Notes under the pieces: generated by a model
The model's input: the letters and a program-made list of their open reading frames with translations, nothing else
What the model was told of the DNA's origin: nothing
The model's database searches: none
Shown here: in pieces, positions 1 through 10,393 of the stretch
How positions within the stretch are numbered: the first letter of the stretch is position 1
Layout: each line of letters begins with the position of its first letter
Made by a program: the position numbers and the translations under genes
Origin: a virus
DNA length: 64,000 nt
Direction: 5' to 3' (one strand)
Virus record (IMG/VR): IMGVR_UViG_3300027759_000056
Span: 32,001-96,000 of that record

Positions 1-147
1 AGATTTTATTTTATCAAAAAATATAATACATACATCATCAAGAAGATTAAAATCTAAAGGTGTTTGGTACATGGCCAAATTAATGTTCCTTTCTTTTCTT
101 AATAGAAATAACCAAAGTTTTTTTGAAAAAACACATTCGTATTGGTC

Positions 148-864
148 ATGAGTTATAAAACGGTAATAATTTCAGATTTACATTTGGGTTCAAAAGCTTC
201 AAGGTCAAAAGATATTATTAATTTTTTGGAAACAATTGAGTGTAATAATTTATTTCTTAATGGTGATATTATTGATGGGTGGGCGATGAAACGTGGTTCA
301 AAATGGAAGGATTCACATACCAAAGTTATTAGAAAACTACTTAAAATGGCTGAGAAAGGAACAAATGTAGTTTGGATTAGAGGTAACCACGATGATTTTT
401 TAGATAACTACATGGGATTAACATTAGGTAATATTACAATAAAAAAAGATTTAATATACAAAGGTGTTGATAAAAGATTGTATTATATTTTTCATGGTGA
501 TGTTTTAGATGTATTCTCATCAAAATTTAAACTAATAGCAAAAATAGGTTCTATTGGGTATGATTTGGCTTTGTGGTTAAATAGAGTTTACAACAAATAC
601 AGAGAACTCAGAAAACTACCATACTATTCAATATCTAATGATATTAAACAAGGTGTTAAAGCTGCGGTTAATTTTGTTGGTGACTTTGAAAAAAATGCGG
701 TACTTTTGTCTAAACAAAAAAATTGTGACGTTGCGGTTTGTGGACATATCCATAAAGTTGAATTGAGTGAAAAATATATGAACTCTGGTGATTGGTGTGA
801 AAGTTGTACAGCATTGGTTGAAGATTATGATGGAAAGTGGACTATTATTAATTTCCATTTATAA
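148..864 (+). CDS. LpxH-like calcineurin-family metallophosphoesterase (UDP-2,3-diacylglucosamine hydrolase-like)
   Basis: Motifs SDLHLG, GDIID, GNHD, HGD, GHIH, NSGDW; probable ATG at 148. Confidence 0.85.
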   Translation: MSYKTVIISDLHLGSKASRSKDIINFLETIECNNLFLNGDIIDGWAMKRGSKWKDSHTKVIRKLLKMAEKGTNVVWIRGNHDDFLDNYMGLTLGNITIKKDLIYKGVDKRLYYIFHGDVLDVFSSKFKLIAKIGSIGYDLALWLNRVYNKYRELRKLPYYSISNDIKQGVKAAVNFVGDFEKNAVLLSKQKNCDVAVCGHIHKVELSEKYMNSGDWCESCTALVEDYDGKWTIINFHL

Positions 865-872
865 TTATAAAT

Positions 873-1142
873 GTGAACTTTCCTTTTACACAAAAAAATG
901 AAGACGGATATATTGTCCGTACATTTGCACATGATGTTGAATCAGAAGAATTAACTTGGCATTACGATTTACACGAAAGATTTGTTGTTTGTGAACACGA
1001 TACTGATTGGCAAATCCAATTTGATAATGGATTACCAAAACAAATAAAAAAAGGTGAAACAGTTCATGTTCCACCTTTAGTATATCACCGAGTTATAAAA
1101 GGTACTGGTGATTTAACAGTTAAAATTAAAGAAATTATTTAA
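873..1142 (+). CDS. small cupin-fold protein
   Basis: WHxD...GETVHVPPLVYHRVIKG cupin motifs. Confidence 0.65.
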   Translation: MNFPFTQKNEDGYIVRTFAHDVESEELTWHYDLHERFVVCEHDTDWQIQFDNGLPKQIKKGETVHVPPLVYHRVIKGTGDLTVKIKEII

Positions 1143-1719
1143 CAATATACAGTTTGAAATCACTACTTAATGGTTTTTCATTCTTAAAAAAGTATTTTGT
1201 TGTTTTACCATTAACTGTGATGTATTTGTAAAATCCTGAAGGTACTGTAGCACCTGTAGGTAACTTAATTGATTTTTTATCAAACACTAAAACAATTTTA
1301 ACTTTTACAGTTGATGTCTTTGACAATTCTCTTTCGTGTACTTCTAACAATCTCCAAGTACCACGATTTAAGTATTGGTCTTGTAAACAACAATTTAGAA
1401 ATGTGAACGTAGAAAATAACATCTCTTTAGTACAATTAAAGTCAGCTGCTGGTGCTAAATGACCTTTATCGTAAATGTTATTTTCATAGTCTTTACCGTC
1501 AGATGTTTTAATTGAATCTACGGTAAAGAAATCCATACCAGTTCTTGGTGTACTTCCATTTGGACATTTAACAACATACTCAACCCATAAAGGTTCCTCT
1601 AATACTTCAGAATACATTCCCTTAAAGATTGGGTTTTGAAAAAAAACCGAATCTCTTAATTTAGTTTGTGAAAACAAAAAAGTTGGTAGTAAACATAGTA
1701 CGAATAATAATTTTTTCAT
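1135..1719 (-). CDS. secreted DNA/RNA non-specific endonuclease (NucA-like)
   Basis: Signal peptide MKKLLFVLCLLP; YDKGHLAPAAD and LNRGTWRLLE motifs. Confidence 0.85.
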   Translation of the reverse strand: MKKLLFVLCLLPTFLFSQTKLRDSVFFQNPIFKGMYSEVLEEPLWVEYVVKCPNGSTPRTGMDFFTVDSIKTSDGKDYENNIYDKGHLAPAADFNCTKEMLFSTFTFLNCCLQDQYLNRGTWRLLEVHERELSKTSTVKVKIVLVFDKKSIKLPTGATVPSGFYKYITVNGKTTKYFFKNEKPLSSDFKLYIVK

Positions 1720-1748
1720 ACTAATAAATACTACCAACCAAATACTAT

Positions 1749-2729
1749 TTATCCACCACCATATTCTACATATTCACTCCAATCAGGTTGGTCATTAGTG
1801 GGTTCATCAATTGTTACTAAAACTTCATTTCTAACACGTCTGTTAACAGTTCTCATTGGTCCATCATCCGCAAGAGGTATTGGTTCTGATTCATCTTCTT
1901 TCATATGTAAATCATGAGATTTTGTCCAATACTCACCACCAAGTTCTTTATTGGTTTTTGTTTCTGAAGATGAGTACATTTTTTTAATCAAATTATAAAC
2001 ATCAAAATCAATTTCAGCCGACAAAGAATCTATTCTATCATCAATGGAGTTCCAAAATGAAATATCGTAAAATTTTTTATTTTCTTTCCACATATGAAAC
2101 GCTAATTTATATCCTGTTTCTTTATTTATACAATAGACTAAAACACCATTTTCAGTATATCTAAAATATTGACTGGGGTTATGTTTTGCTGAGGTACACC
2201 ATTTTGTACTTGAGCCGTATTTTAGAGATGATTCATAGGTTAATGGTCTAATAATCAACCATTTTTCAGTTTCTAAATCAACGTATGTTTGTTTTTCAAA
2301 TTCTTTACCAATGTTTTTTATACTAATTAAATTTACAATACCTTCAATTTCATCAATAGTTTTTAATTGATTAATATCAACATTATGAATTTGATTTTTT
2401 TCATACATCTCCATAAAATTTACAAAGACATCTATTTCATTATTGGGAATTCTTTCTAATAATGACCAAAAACTATAAATTAATGTAGGGTCTGAAATAC
2501 TAAATTTACCTTTTAAATGTGGTATTGTGTTTTCTATTCTTGTAAGAAATTCAGTAACTTCATATTCACCCCAAGTATCTACTCGTTCTTTAAATGATGA
2601 ATCAGCAATTTTTACCAATAATGGTAAAAATTTATTTGTATTTGATGGGTCCACCATTTCTAACACATCAATAAGTGATAGGTTCATCCAAGGTGGTACG
2701 GTTTCTTTAAACTTTTTTAATTTTGTCAT
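1749..2729 (-). CDS. hypothetical protein carrying the 'YGSxTKWCT' domain (paralog of 24569 and 34476)
   Basis: IRPLTYESSLKYGSSTKWCTS motif; the ORF-track start lies inside a tRNA, so the likely start is ATG 2729 behind a TAnnTTTG promoter. Confidence 0.7.
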   Translation of the reverse strand: MTKLKKFKETVPPWMNLSLIDVLEMVDPSNTNKFLPLLVKIADSSFKERVDTWGEYEVTEFLTRIENTIPHLKGKFSISDPTLIYSFWSLLERIPNNEIDVFVNFMEMYEKNQIHNVDINQLKTIDEIEGIVNLISIKNIGKEFEKQTYVDLETEKWLIIRPLTYESSLKYGSSTKWCTSAKHNPSQYFRYTENGVLVYCINKETGYKLAFHMWKENKKFYDISFWNSIDDRIDSLSAEIDFDVYNLIKKMYSSSETKTNKELGGEYWTKSHDLHMKEDESEPIPLADDGPMRTVNRRVRNEVLVTIDEPTNDQPDWSEYVEYGGG

Positions 2730-2797
2730 GATTAAATTATTTGATACAAAGATAGTAAATAAAAAAAACCGAGTCAAATAACTCGGTTCTTTTTCTG

Positions 2798-2882
2798 CGG
2801 AAGATGAGGGACTTGAACCCACGCATCCTTTTACGGATGTACGGTTTAGCAAACCGCTGCATTACCACTCTGCCAATCTTCC
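2798..2882 (-). tRNA. tRNA-Ser(GCT)
   Basis: GGAAGAT/ATCTTCC acceptor, GCGGT-TTGCTAA-ACCGT anticodon arm, long variable arm, GGTTCAAGTCC T-arm. Confidence 0.92.
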
Positions 2883-3430
2883 GTATTATTTTTTATAATT
2901 TGATATCCATTATATTCTAATATTTTAACACAATTTTCAAATAACTCATTTATAGTTAAATCTCCTTTCATCATATTAATTTCAGACTTTAATATACCCA
3001 TATTTTCTAATGTATTTTTTCCACCTTTATTTACTGGTATTATATGGTCTAAATGATAATCTTTTGGATTTGTAATGTCAATTGGTTGACCTGTTAAATA
3101 ACAAATTGGATTATCACTTATTTTTTCTTTACCTTCTTTTATTGTGAAATTTTTTTCTTGAATATTCATTAATTTAGTTGAACCATCTCTTCTTTGAAAA
3201 TCCCTAAATTTCAAATTAGTATTTCTATTTCTATACCTATCAATTTTTTCAACTAACTTATCTTGTCTTTTTTGTTTTACTCTATCATAAGCCTTTTCTT
3301 TTTGACCTTCACCACAATAGTATGATATTGTTGACATTGAACAATTAAGTTCTTTTTTAATTTCTGAATATGTTTTACCTTCTTCCCTTAATTTCAATAT
3401 ATTTTCTTTCATACTTATGTTTCTAATCAT
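2846..3430 (-). CDS. HNH homing-type endonuclease with N-terminal HTH
   Basis: CYLTG...HLDHIIPVNKGGKNTLENMGIL...N HNH motif; N-terminal LREEGKTYSEIKKELNCSMSTISYY HTH; lies between two tRNA-Ser genes. Confidence 0.8.
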   Translation of the reverse strand: MIRNISMKENILKLREEGKTYSEIKKELNCSMSTISYYCGEGQKEKAYDRVKQKRQDKLVEKIDRYRNRNTNLKFRDFQRRDGSTKLMNIQEKNFTIKEGKEKISDNPICYLTGQPIDITNPKDYHLDHIIPVNKGGKNTLENMGILKSEINMMKGDLTINELFENCVKILEYNGYQIIKNNTEDWQSGNAAVC

Positions 3431-3500
3431 AAATATATGATACGAACACTAAATACTTATTAAATAAAAAAATTCTTGGGTTAGTGTCCCAAGAATTTTG

Positions 3501-3588
3501 TGGAAGTTGAGGGATTCGAACCCCCGAACGACTTTCACCGTTGCTAGTTTTCAAGACTAGTGCGTTCAACCAACTCTGCCAAACTTCC
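3501..3588 (-). tRNA. tRNA-Ser(TGA)
   Basis: GGAAGTT/AACTTCC acceptor, CTAGT-CTTGAAA-ACTAG anticodon arm, long variable arm. Confidence 0.92.
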
Positions 3589-3609
3589 AAAGTAATTATA
3601 AATACAAAG

Positions 3610-4035
3610 TTATATAGTTTTATCTAAAATATCAAGATTACCTTCAATAATTTGATTGATTCTATTTTTTGCTCTGTCACTAATAGGAATTGGATTACCC
3701 TCATCATCAATCCTAACAAACGTAATTTGTGTGTGTAAAATCACTGTTTGTTTTCCAGTATACACACTATGTGACCTTGCTTCTAAATAAAGAGTGATGG
3801 ATGTATTTCCAACTTTAACAGGTTTACCATATATTTTGAGTAGTTGACCTTCTTTACCTGGTTTGATAAATCTACATTCATCCAAAGCGATTGTTACCAA
3901 TCTTGGTGAATCACAAAGTTGCATTGATAGACCTGATGCTGCTGAGTCCACCCAAGCCAAAATCTTACCTCCAAATAAATTTCCGTGAAAACCCAAGTCT
4001 GATTTTTTGATTGGGTGTGTGTTTAACAATTCCAT
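3610..4035 (-). CDS. hotdog-fold acyl-CoA thioesterase (YciA-like)
   Basis: DLGFHGNLFGGKILAWVDSAA and VGNTSI motifs. Confidence 0.85.
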   Translation of the reverse strand: MELLNTHPIKKSDLGFHGNLFGGKILAWVDSAASGLSMQLCDSPRLVTIALDECRFIKPGKEGQLLKIYGKPVKVGNTSITLYLEARSHSVYTGKQTVILHTQITFVRIDDEGNPIPISDRAKNRINQIIEGNLDILDKTI

Positions 4036-4091
4036 GACAAAAATATACAAGTTTATTTGTTGAAATCAATTTGTTTATGTATCTTTGTTTT

Positions 4092-4568
4092 ATGAAACGT
4101 TTAATAATTTTCATTTTTGTTTTGTTTACAATATCTATTAAGGCACAGACAAACTACAACAATGGTAGGACGTGTGATTTTATTTTGGTTCAAGGTGACA
4201 CATCTTTAATTACTGGATTCAATGGGTTAGATAAAAAAGATTTTGGGATATACTTGGGTGTAAAGTATGGTGGTTTATTCAGTGGGAGTATTTTTTATAC
4301 ACCATTTAATTCAATTAATAGGTTAGGTATTTCTAAAGGTTATATGCACGATGGTATAAGAGGAACTGCTGGTATTAAGATTACACCAACAGGAACAAAT
4401 AGTTATTCTTTGGTACCTGAGTTCGGTATTGCGTTACACCCAATTCGTTTAATCAGTAAAGACCCATATTCTTTTGATATTGTATTATCATATTATCAAT
4501 CAAGCACAGCTCGTTTTGGTTTTGGTATCTCATTCCCTATTCAATATAGAAATAACTTTAGGTTATGA
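4092..4568 (+). CDS. secreted/outer-membrane hypothetical protein
   Basis: Signal peptide ending IKAQ, amphipathic beta-strand pattern; TATCTTTG promoter at 4080. Confidence 0.55.
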   Translation: MKRLIIFIFVLFTISIKAQTNYNNGRTCDFILVQGDTSLITGFNGLDKKDFGIYLGVKYGGLFSGSIFYTPFNSINRLGISKGYMHDGIRGTAGIKITPTGTNSYSLVPEFGIALHPIRLISKDPYSFDIVLSYYQSSTARFGFGISFPIQYRNNFRL

Positions 4569-4577
4569 TATTTATAT

Positions 4578-5543
4578 TTGATGGACAATTCAACCATAGA
4601 GCAGATTAACAAGATTTTTGGAACTAAAAAATTAACTTGGTGCGGTAATTTTTTAAGGTATGATAAGAATGCCAGACAAGATTGTTACAATTTTACTTTT
4701 CAAATCAAAGAAATCAAACCGATGATTTCTGTTGGTGAGTGGAAAGACCATGCCCTTGTTGATGTTACTTTATATGTTGACCCAAATATCTTACTTGGTA
4801 AACTTGTGTCTGGTGAATACAAAGACATTTGGGGGGATAGTGAACAGTTACTACGTTTTTACCCAATTAAAAATGGTACTGCGGAAAAAATAACAAATGC
4901 CTTAAAATTAGTTTCTAATTTAGATGTTATTGTAAAATCAATCAAACCGGTTCTTATTGGTGGTGAAGAAGAAACTATTACAGAACAAAAAGTGAGTAAT
5001 AGTTTAATTCGTAATATTGTTAGAGAAATTGCCTTCGAAATAAAAAAAGATTTGCACGGTAAACGTAAAAAGAATATTGGGAGTTACGATATTGGAATGG
5101 AAGAGCCTGTGGATATTGTTTTATTTGTTAACCCAACACCAAACAAAGATGAAAATATAAAACCATTGGACATTCAAGGGTATTGGGATGAAGATGAAAA
5201 TCAGATTGAAATTGATATTGACATTGATGATGATGCCGATATGGATGTCATGTATGAATTGATTGGTGAATTAAATGATGTGGTAACACATGAATTTGAA
5301 CACGCAAAACAAACAAAAAGAGGATACGTTTTTCCTGATGTTGAGTATACTCAACCAAAACGTTATTACTTACAACAACACGAAATTGAAGCTCAGGTTG
5401 CTGGTTTCAAAAGAAAGGCAAAATTACAGAAAAGACCTATTGAAGAAATTATTCGAGAGTACTTCCAAAAAAGAGGTATTAGAAAAAGTTTGATTAATCT
5501 TTTGGTGGAACGATTAATGGACTACTACGTAAATAAAAATTAA
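4578..5543 (+). CDS. hypothetical protein with C-terminal HExxH zincin-like domain
   Basis: VVTHEFEHAKQ...YYLQQHEIEAQ. Confidence 0.6.
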   Translation: MMDNSTIEQINKIFGTKKLTWCGNFLRYDKNARQDCYNFTFQIKEIKPMISVGEWKDHALVDVTLYVDPNILLGKLVSGEYKDIWGDSEQLLRFYPIKNGTAEKITNALKLVSNLDVIVKSIKPVLIGGEEETITEQKVSNSLIRNIVREIAFEIKKDLHGKRKKNIGSYDIGMEEPVDIVLFVNPTPNKDENIKPLDIQGYWDEDENQIEIDIDIDDDADMDVMYELIGELNDVVTHEFEHAKQTKRGYVFPDVEYTQPKRYYLQQHEIEAQVAGFKRKAKLQKRPIEEIIREYFQKRGIRKSLINLLVERLMDYYVNKN

Positions 5544-6154
5544 GATTTTAATATTCTTTTAACAATCTCCTCAAGAGCTGCTGTTGAAACGTGCATTATT
5601 CCTGTTGCTGCCAATGTTTTAACAAGTGTTTCTATTTGGTCAGGAGATAAACTATTACCTTGTAATGCGATTGTTAAATACCCCAATAACGGTATCAAAT
5701 AAATGTATGACATAATATCAGTCAAAAACGCTGCGGAGTTCCCTAAGGTACCTAAAAATCCCTTAAACACGGTTACCAATCTCTTTGTTTTTAATACAGA
5801 ATATCTAAATTCATTTTCAATATTGTCTTCTTTTATTTTTGGTAGAATTTCTTTTAATACATCTTTACCTTCATTGAATACAATACAAATGGTTCCAACA
5901 ATAATCATTAATTTTTGGTCTTCGGTCAAATGTGGGAATTTGTTATTTATTAAATCCATTAATGGTTGCATTAAACCACCAACACCAGCACCAAAAGTTA
6001 ATAATATTCTAAGATTAAATTTTAATCTTTTACTAATTCTTTTATATAGATTGGCTGAAAAGTCCGTACTTTTTTCATAAATTGTTGACAGGATATCTGG
6101 CATCCCCTCAACAAGAATTACTTTTGTTTGTTCTTCCGTAATTAATACGTTCAT
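5540..6154 (-). CDS. hypothetical membrane-associated, probably virion protein
   Basis: Several hydrophobic segments; N-terminal ITEEQ motif; TATTTAT motif upstream. Confidence 0.55.
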   Translation of the reverse strand: MNVLITEEQTKVILVEGMPDILSTIYEKSTDFSANLYKRISKRLKFNLRILLTFGAGVGGLMQPLMDLINNKFPHLTEDQKLMIIVGTICIVFNEGKDVLKEILPKIKEDNIENEFRYSVLKTKRLVTVFKGFLGTLGNSAAFLTDIMSYIYLIPLLGYLTIALQGNSLSPDQIETLVKTLAATGIMHVSTAALEEIVKRILKS

Positions 6155-6190
6155 ACTAATAAATACTTCGATATATTTATTCTTTATAGT

Positions 6191-6817
6191 ATGTCACAAT
6201 TAAATCCAAAATTAGAACCTGGCGATAGAATAGTTTTACTACATATGGATGACCCGTATAGTGCGGTCCGTATGGGTACAAAAGGTACAGTACTTAAAAT
6301 TGTTAAAGTTCCATTTGATATGGGATACCAATATAATGTTAAATGGGATGATGGTTCTGTGTTAGATTTATTACCTGAAGCCGACAGTTGGGTATTAGCC
6401 ACGGATGTTAAACCAAAGAAAAATTTAACAACTGAAGAATTTAATCAAGAATTAAAAACGTTATCAAAACATAAAGACATTATTAAAAATATGGATTATA
6501 GACCAGTTCTTGATTATCTAAAACTTATTCAAAAATCAGGATTGGTTAATATGCTTCAGGCAAGAGCATTTTTAATGACTGACTCAAAAAATTTACACAA
6601 GTTAATTTATAAGTTTGATGGCGAACCTGAAGATTATCCTGAGTTATTTGAGAATATTGATGAAGTAAGAGACATTCTAATTAACGAAACAATTAGAATC
6701 ATGCAAGAACAAAATATGGAATTTGACGATTCAACAGTCAATCGTGTTTTTCAAAAAGTTTGTGGTGCGGTTATGGAGATGTACGTAAGTCTATACTCAA
6801 CTTACTTTAAGAAGTAA
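6191..6817 (+). CDS. hypothetical protein, DUF4314-like N-terminal domain
   Basis: GTKGTV...VKWDDGSVLDL pattern recalled from DUF4314 proteins. Confidence 0.5.
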   Translation: MSQLNPKLEPGDRIVLLHMDDPYSAVRMGTKGTVLKIVKVPFDMGYQYNVKWDDGSVLDLLPEADSWVLATDVKPKKNLTTEEFNQELKTLSKHKDIIKNMDYRPVLDYLKLIQKSGLVNMLQARAFLMTDSKNLHKLIYKFDGEPEDYPELFENIDEVRDILINETIRIMQEQNMEFDDSTVNRVFQKVCGAVMEMYVSLYSTYFKK

Positions 6818-7106
6818 TTTCGTATCTATACTCATCGTGAGTTTTAATTGGTATTACCGTAGTTTCCAAAAAAACTGGTGACAACTCACCATAATACCCA
6901 CCTTTAATATTATAGTCAAAATATTCTTCTGCTTCCAACCAAGTCATTCCATCTTTACACAGGGTTTCAATTATTTGGTTTTTTGAATATAATATTCTAC
7001 GACCTTCAAATGATTCTACAATACCAATAATTGCTGCGTTATAACCATCTAAGAGTATGGAACCTTCACAATATTCGTCAAGTTCTAATATATGTCTAGT
7101 TTCCAT
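6807..7106 (-). CDS. conserved phage hypothetical protein
   Basis: LDGYNAAIIG...MTWLEAEEYFDYNIKGGYYGELSPVF. Confidence 0.6.
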   Translation of the reverse strand: METRHILELDEYCEGSILLDGYNAAIIGIVESFEGRRILYSKNQIIETLCKDGMTWLEAEEYFDYNIKGGYYGELSPVFLETTVIPIKTHDEYRYEITS

Positions 7107-7501
7107 TACGGGAAAAAATAATATGAAACCCTTTGTTCTTTATCAAAAACAACAACACCCAAACCATTTTCCAATACTTTGATAACAATTTCCATGTTTC
7201 TTTTAAGAAATGTGTTATAAACTTTCAAATACGCAGCGTCATCAACTTTTGAGTAGGATAAAATATCATAATTAATATCACCATTAGAAATCATACCAGT
7301 GTTTTCGTCAGTAACATTAAAAACCCAAAGAGTTTTATATGTTGTCATATCTTGATTTGGAACAAAATCCCATTTCTGAGTCTGATAATTGTATATCATC
7401 TTAGATGTGGATAACGTATTAGTCATAACTTTTGTAGTTGTGTACTGACCAAATAATGATGTTGAAAACAACAATAACAGAGACAAGAATATATTTTTCA
7501 T
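7106..7501 (-). CDS. secreted hypothetical protein
   Basis: Signal peptide MKNIFLSLLLLFSTSLFGQ. Confidence 0.6.
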   Translation of the reverse strand: MKNIFLSLLLLFSTSLFGQYTTTKVMTNTLSTSKMIYNYQTQKWDFVPNQDMTTYKTLWVFNVTDENTGMISNGDINYDILSYSKVDDAAYLKVYNTFLKRNMEIVIKVLENGLGVVVFDKEQRVSYYFFP

Positions 7502-7624
7502 TTAGTTTTAATTCAAAAAAAAGGTTCTCCGTTGTTGACAGGGCTTAAATAAATTACCAAGATACTACTACTCTAAACAACAACGTGAGAACCGTATATA
7601 ATAAACTTAGATATTATATTTCAT

Positions 7625-7861
7625 TTAGTCAAGTTCATCATCATCTTCAACAAGATAATTACCATTTTTAATGTCATCTATGGATAATTCATCACCCCCA
7701 TCAAAAGAATCATATTCTTCTTTTGTTGAACGAGTAATCACATAACCTGTATCGAACAGGGAATCCATAACCTCAATGTTATCCCCCAGTACATCCTCAT
7801 CGGGGAAAGTTACATACCCGATGAGGTCACCATTTTTTTCAATCTTTATATAAACTTCCAT
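7625..7861 (-). CDS. small acidic hypothetical protein
   Basis: ORF coupled to the upstream gene. Confidence 0.5.
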   Translation of the reverse strand: MEVYIKIEKNGDLIGYVTFPDEDVLGDNIEVMDSLFDTGYVITRSTKEEYDSFDGGDELSIDDIKNGNYLVEDDDELD

Positions 7862-8604
7862 TAGTTATAGAACCTTTCTGCCAAGAATTTGAAACGACCA
7901 CCTTGAACAAACTCTCTGATTTGGGATTTCGGTAACCAAAACTCGAACTCACCAATTTCTTCAACACGAAGAGCCAATTCCTCGTGGAAACGAGCCACCT
8001 CAACCTTGTCTTTGATGTATTTCAATCTCAAGTTCTTAGCACATACTGGACCCATACCAGTCAAAATTGAGAACTCGTCAGTCAATTCAGCTCCACAACA
8101 ACGACACACATCACCATTTTCTTTAGTCAATTTGGCACGAACTCTTACCGCTTTGGCACTGATGTGAGTTGTTCCAACCAAGTCAACCAAGATTGGCATG
8201 AACTCCAAACCATATTCTTCTTTGATTTTCAAAGCGATACCACGTTTGATACGGATAGATTCGTTCTTCAAATCAACACGAATTTCCATAGTGGGGGTCT
8301 TTTCTTTTTTGATGCTTTTAACCGCCGCAGAGATTTGACGTTCAGACAAGTTTCTCCATTTGGTGTAGTCTTCTTTCATCTTCAAGATGAACTCATTTGA
8401 ACCTGTGTAGTTCATAATCAATTGTAAATCTTCAGAAAGATTCTCAATTACAAGTTCACCACTACGTTCAATTGTACGTAGAGCTCGTTCAGCAATATCA
8501 CGCTGACGGTTAGTTAAAGATGAGTAGCGAGTCAAAGACTGTTTTAGGCTGTTCAAGAAGTTATTTGAACCTTGGTAGTTGCGGACTTTTTGTTCTGTTG
8601 TCAT
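7861..8604 (-). CDS. hypothetical protein with DUF6011-like zinc finger
   Basis: CRCCGAELTDEFSILTGMGPVCAK; duplicated N-terminal YxGSNxF...LT/SxRQ repeat; codon usage of a highly expressed gene. Confidence 0.65.
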   Translation of the reverse strand: MTTEQKVRNYQGSNNFLNSLKQSLTRYSSLTNRQRDIAERALRTIERSGELVIENLSEDLQLIMNYTGSNEFILKMKEDYTKWRNLSERQISAAVKSIKKEKTPTMEIRVDLKNESIRIKRGIALKIKEEYGLEFMPILVDLVGTTHISAKAVRVRAKLTKENGDVCRCCGAELTDEFSILTGMGPVCAKNLRLKYIKDKVEVARFHEELALRVEEIGEFEFWLPKSQIREFVQGGRFKFLAERFYN

Positions 8605-8675
8605 GGTGGTGGTTATTTGTTATACAAAGATAATACTTTTTTCTTACTGCACAACTATTTATAGAGAAAAAGATT

Positions 8676-9968
8676 ATGAACGCATATTTTTTCCCAGTAT
8701 CAAACGAAGAACGTGAAAACATCTTGAATAAACACAAACATGTTTATAATGGATACAAGACGTTGAATCCTAATCCCGTTGAAAATGAACAACCATTATT
8801 TGTTCAAGACTTTGCAAATGACAAAGGTGGGTTAGTAGTAAATAATAAAGGTGAAGTGAAAGCATACACCAACATGGGTATTAACGAAGCTAGAAAAAGA
8901 AAACCATATTTAGATGATGATGATGCTACTGATGTCCACCCTCATGGTGAATCAGATTGGAACAAACCTAAAGAAATGGATGAAAGTGAACACATGTGTG
9001 AACAATGTGGTTTGAAAGAATCATTATGTGAGTGTGGTGGTTATATGGAAGAGGCTGAATGTAATGAGTGTTGGAATGAAGGTGAAGTAGACGAAGCTGA
9101 AGATGGTGGATTATCAACAATTGAAGAATTGGGTGATGCCATTATGGGTTCAGGAAGATTGGAAGAGATATTAGAAGAAAACAAACCTGAAGATTACTCA
9201 GATGAATTTGAATTTGTTGATAACATTATATTTCAATTAGTAGACCCATATATGGACGATGAGTACTATGATGAGTTGTATGAGTATATAAAAGACATGT
9301 ACGGTGAAACATTATTTGACGAATATAGGTCTGAAATGGGTGATGAGTTTGATGATGATATGTTTGATGATGAAGAAGATGACGAGTCCGATGATGAAGA
9401 AGATGAATATGTTACAGAACAATCAAACAACATATTATCAAATGAATTAGATTCACCAATAGGTAGAAGTTCTTACAGTTATATCAGTGGTGGTCCTGAA
9501 CAATTCAGTGATGATGAAGATGAAGAACACGATGGTTATGAAGATGATATTGAAAACATCCAAAATATGTTTGATTATGCATCACAACACGATGCTGACC
9601 CAGATTCCAAAGATATGATTAGAAATCTTAATAAAGATATGAATCAAGAATTTGATGGTGATGAACCATCTGATGATGAAAAAGAAGCATACACATTTAT
9701 TTCAGGAGGACCTCCAGGTGTGACATTCAGAGAGGAAGAAGAAGAACTTGATGAAGAAGAAGTTGAAGAAAAATGGTCTGAAAAATACAAAAATAGTATT
9801 GACTGTAATAACCCAAAAGGATTCAGTCAAAAAGCTCATTGTCAAGGAAAGAAAAAAGAATCAAAAGAGGAAGTAGAAAAAGAAGTGGACGAAGATTTAA
9901 GAGAGTCTTTTGTAACACAAAGGAACAAAATAACAGAAATGTTCCAAAGATTTAACAAATATAATTAA
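8676..9968 (+). CDS. very acidic probable internal head protein
   Basis: D/E-rich; CEQCG and CNEC motifs; KWSEKYKNSIDCNNPKGFSQKAHC module; TATTTAT at 8656. Confidence 0.6.
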   Translation: MNAYFFPVSNEERENILNKHKHVYNGYKTLNPNPVENEQPLFVQDFANDKGGLVVNNKGEVKAYTNMGINEARKRKPYLDDDDATDVHPHGESDWNKPKEMDESEHMCEQCGLKESLCECGGYMEEAECNECWNEGEVDEAEDGGLSTIEELGDAIMGSGRLEEILEENKPEDYSDEFEFVDNIIFQLVDPYMDDEYYDELYEYIKDMYGETLFDEYRSEMGDEFDDDMFDDEEDDESDDEEDEYVTEQSNNILSNELDSPIGRSSYSYISGGPEQFSDDEDEEHDGYEDDIENIQNMFDYASQHDADPDSKDMIRNLNKDMNQEFDGDEPSDDEKEAYTFISGGPPGVTFREEEEELDEEEVEEKWSEKYKNSIDCNNPKGFSQKAHCQGKKKESKEEVEKEVDEDLRESFVTQRNKITEMFQRFNKYN

Positions 9969-9973
9969 CACTC

Positions 9974-10002
9974 AAAACCCTCACATAAAGTGGGGGTTTT
10001 TT
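9974..10002 (+). terminator. intrinsic terminator
   Basis: AAAACCCTCAC-ATAAA-GTGGGGGTTTTTT. Confidence 0.75.
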
Positions 10003-10069
10003 ATTTGCTATGTCTTTTACTTTTTTATTTGATATTTCTTAGTAAATAAACTTTTTTTTTAACAAAAAG

Positions 10070-10378
10070 ATGGAAGTTAGGGAAATAATAGAAACCACAA
10101 TCAAAGAACCGATTATTGAGGTTAAGTTTAGATTAGCAACAGATAGTGATGAAGTGATGAGAACCGTTGAATTTCAATTGGACGAGATTGAAGAATATGG
10201 TTATAATGTTCTTACAGAAGATTTTGATTTATTTGACATTGATGATGATTGGGAGGATGAAGATTTTGATTATATGGAAGATGAAGACGAGTTAAATGTT
10301 GATGAGGATGAATTAATATCATTTATGAATGAATATTTTCTAATTAATGACCATGTCCCACCCGCAGAACTATTTTAA
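10070..10378 (+). CDS. acidic hypothetical protein
   Basis: Intact ORF, D/E-rich. Confidence 0.55.
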   Translation: MEVREIIETTIKEPIIEVKFRLATDSDEVMRTVEFQLDEIEEYGYNVLTEDFDLFDIDDDWEDEDFDYMEDEDELNVDEDELISFMNEYFLINDHVPPAELF

Positions 10379-10393
10379 GTAGTATTTATAGAT

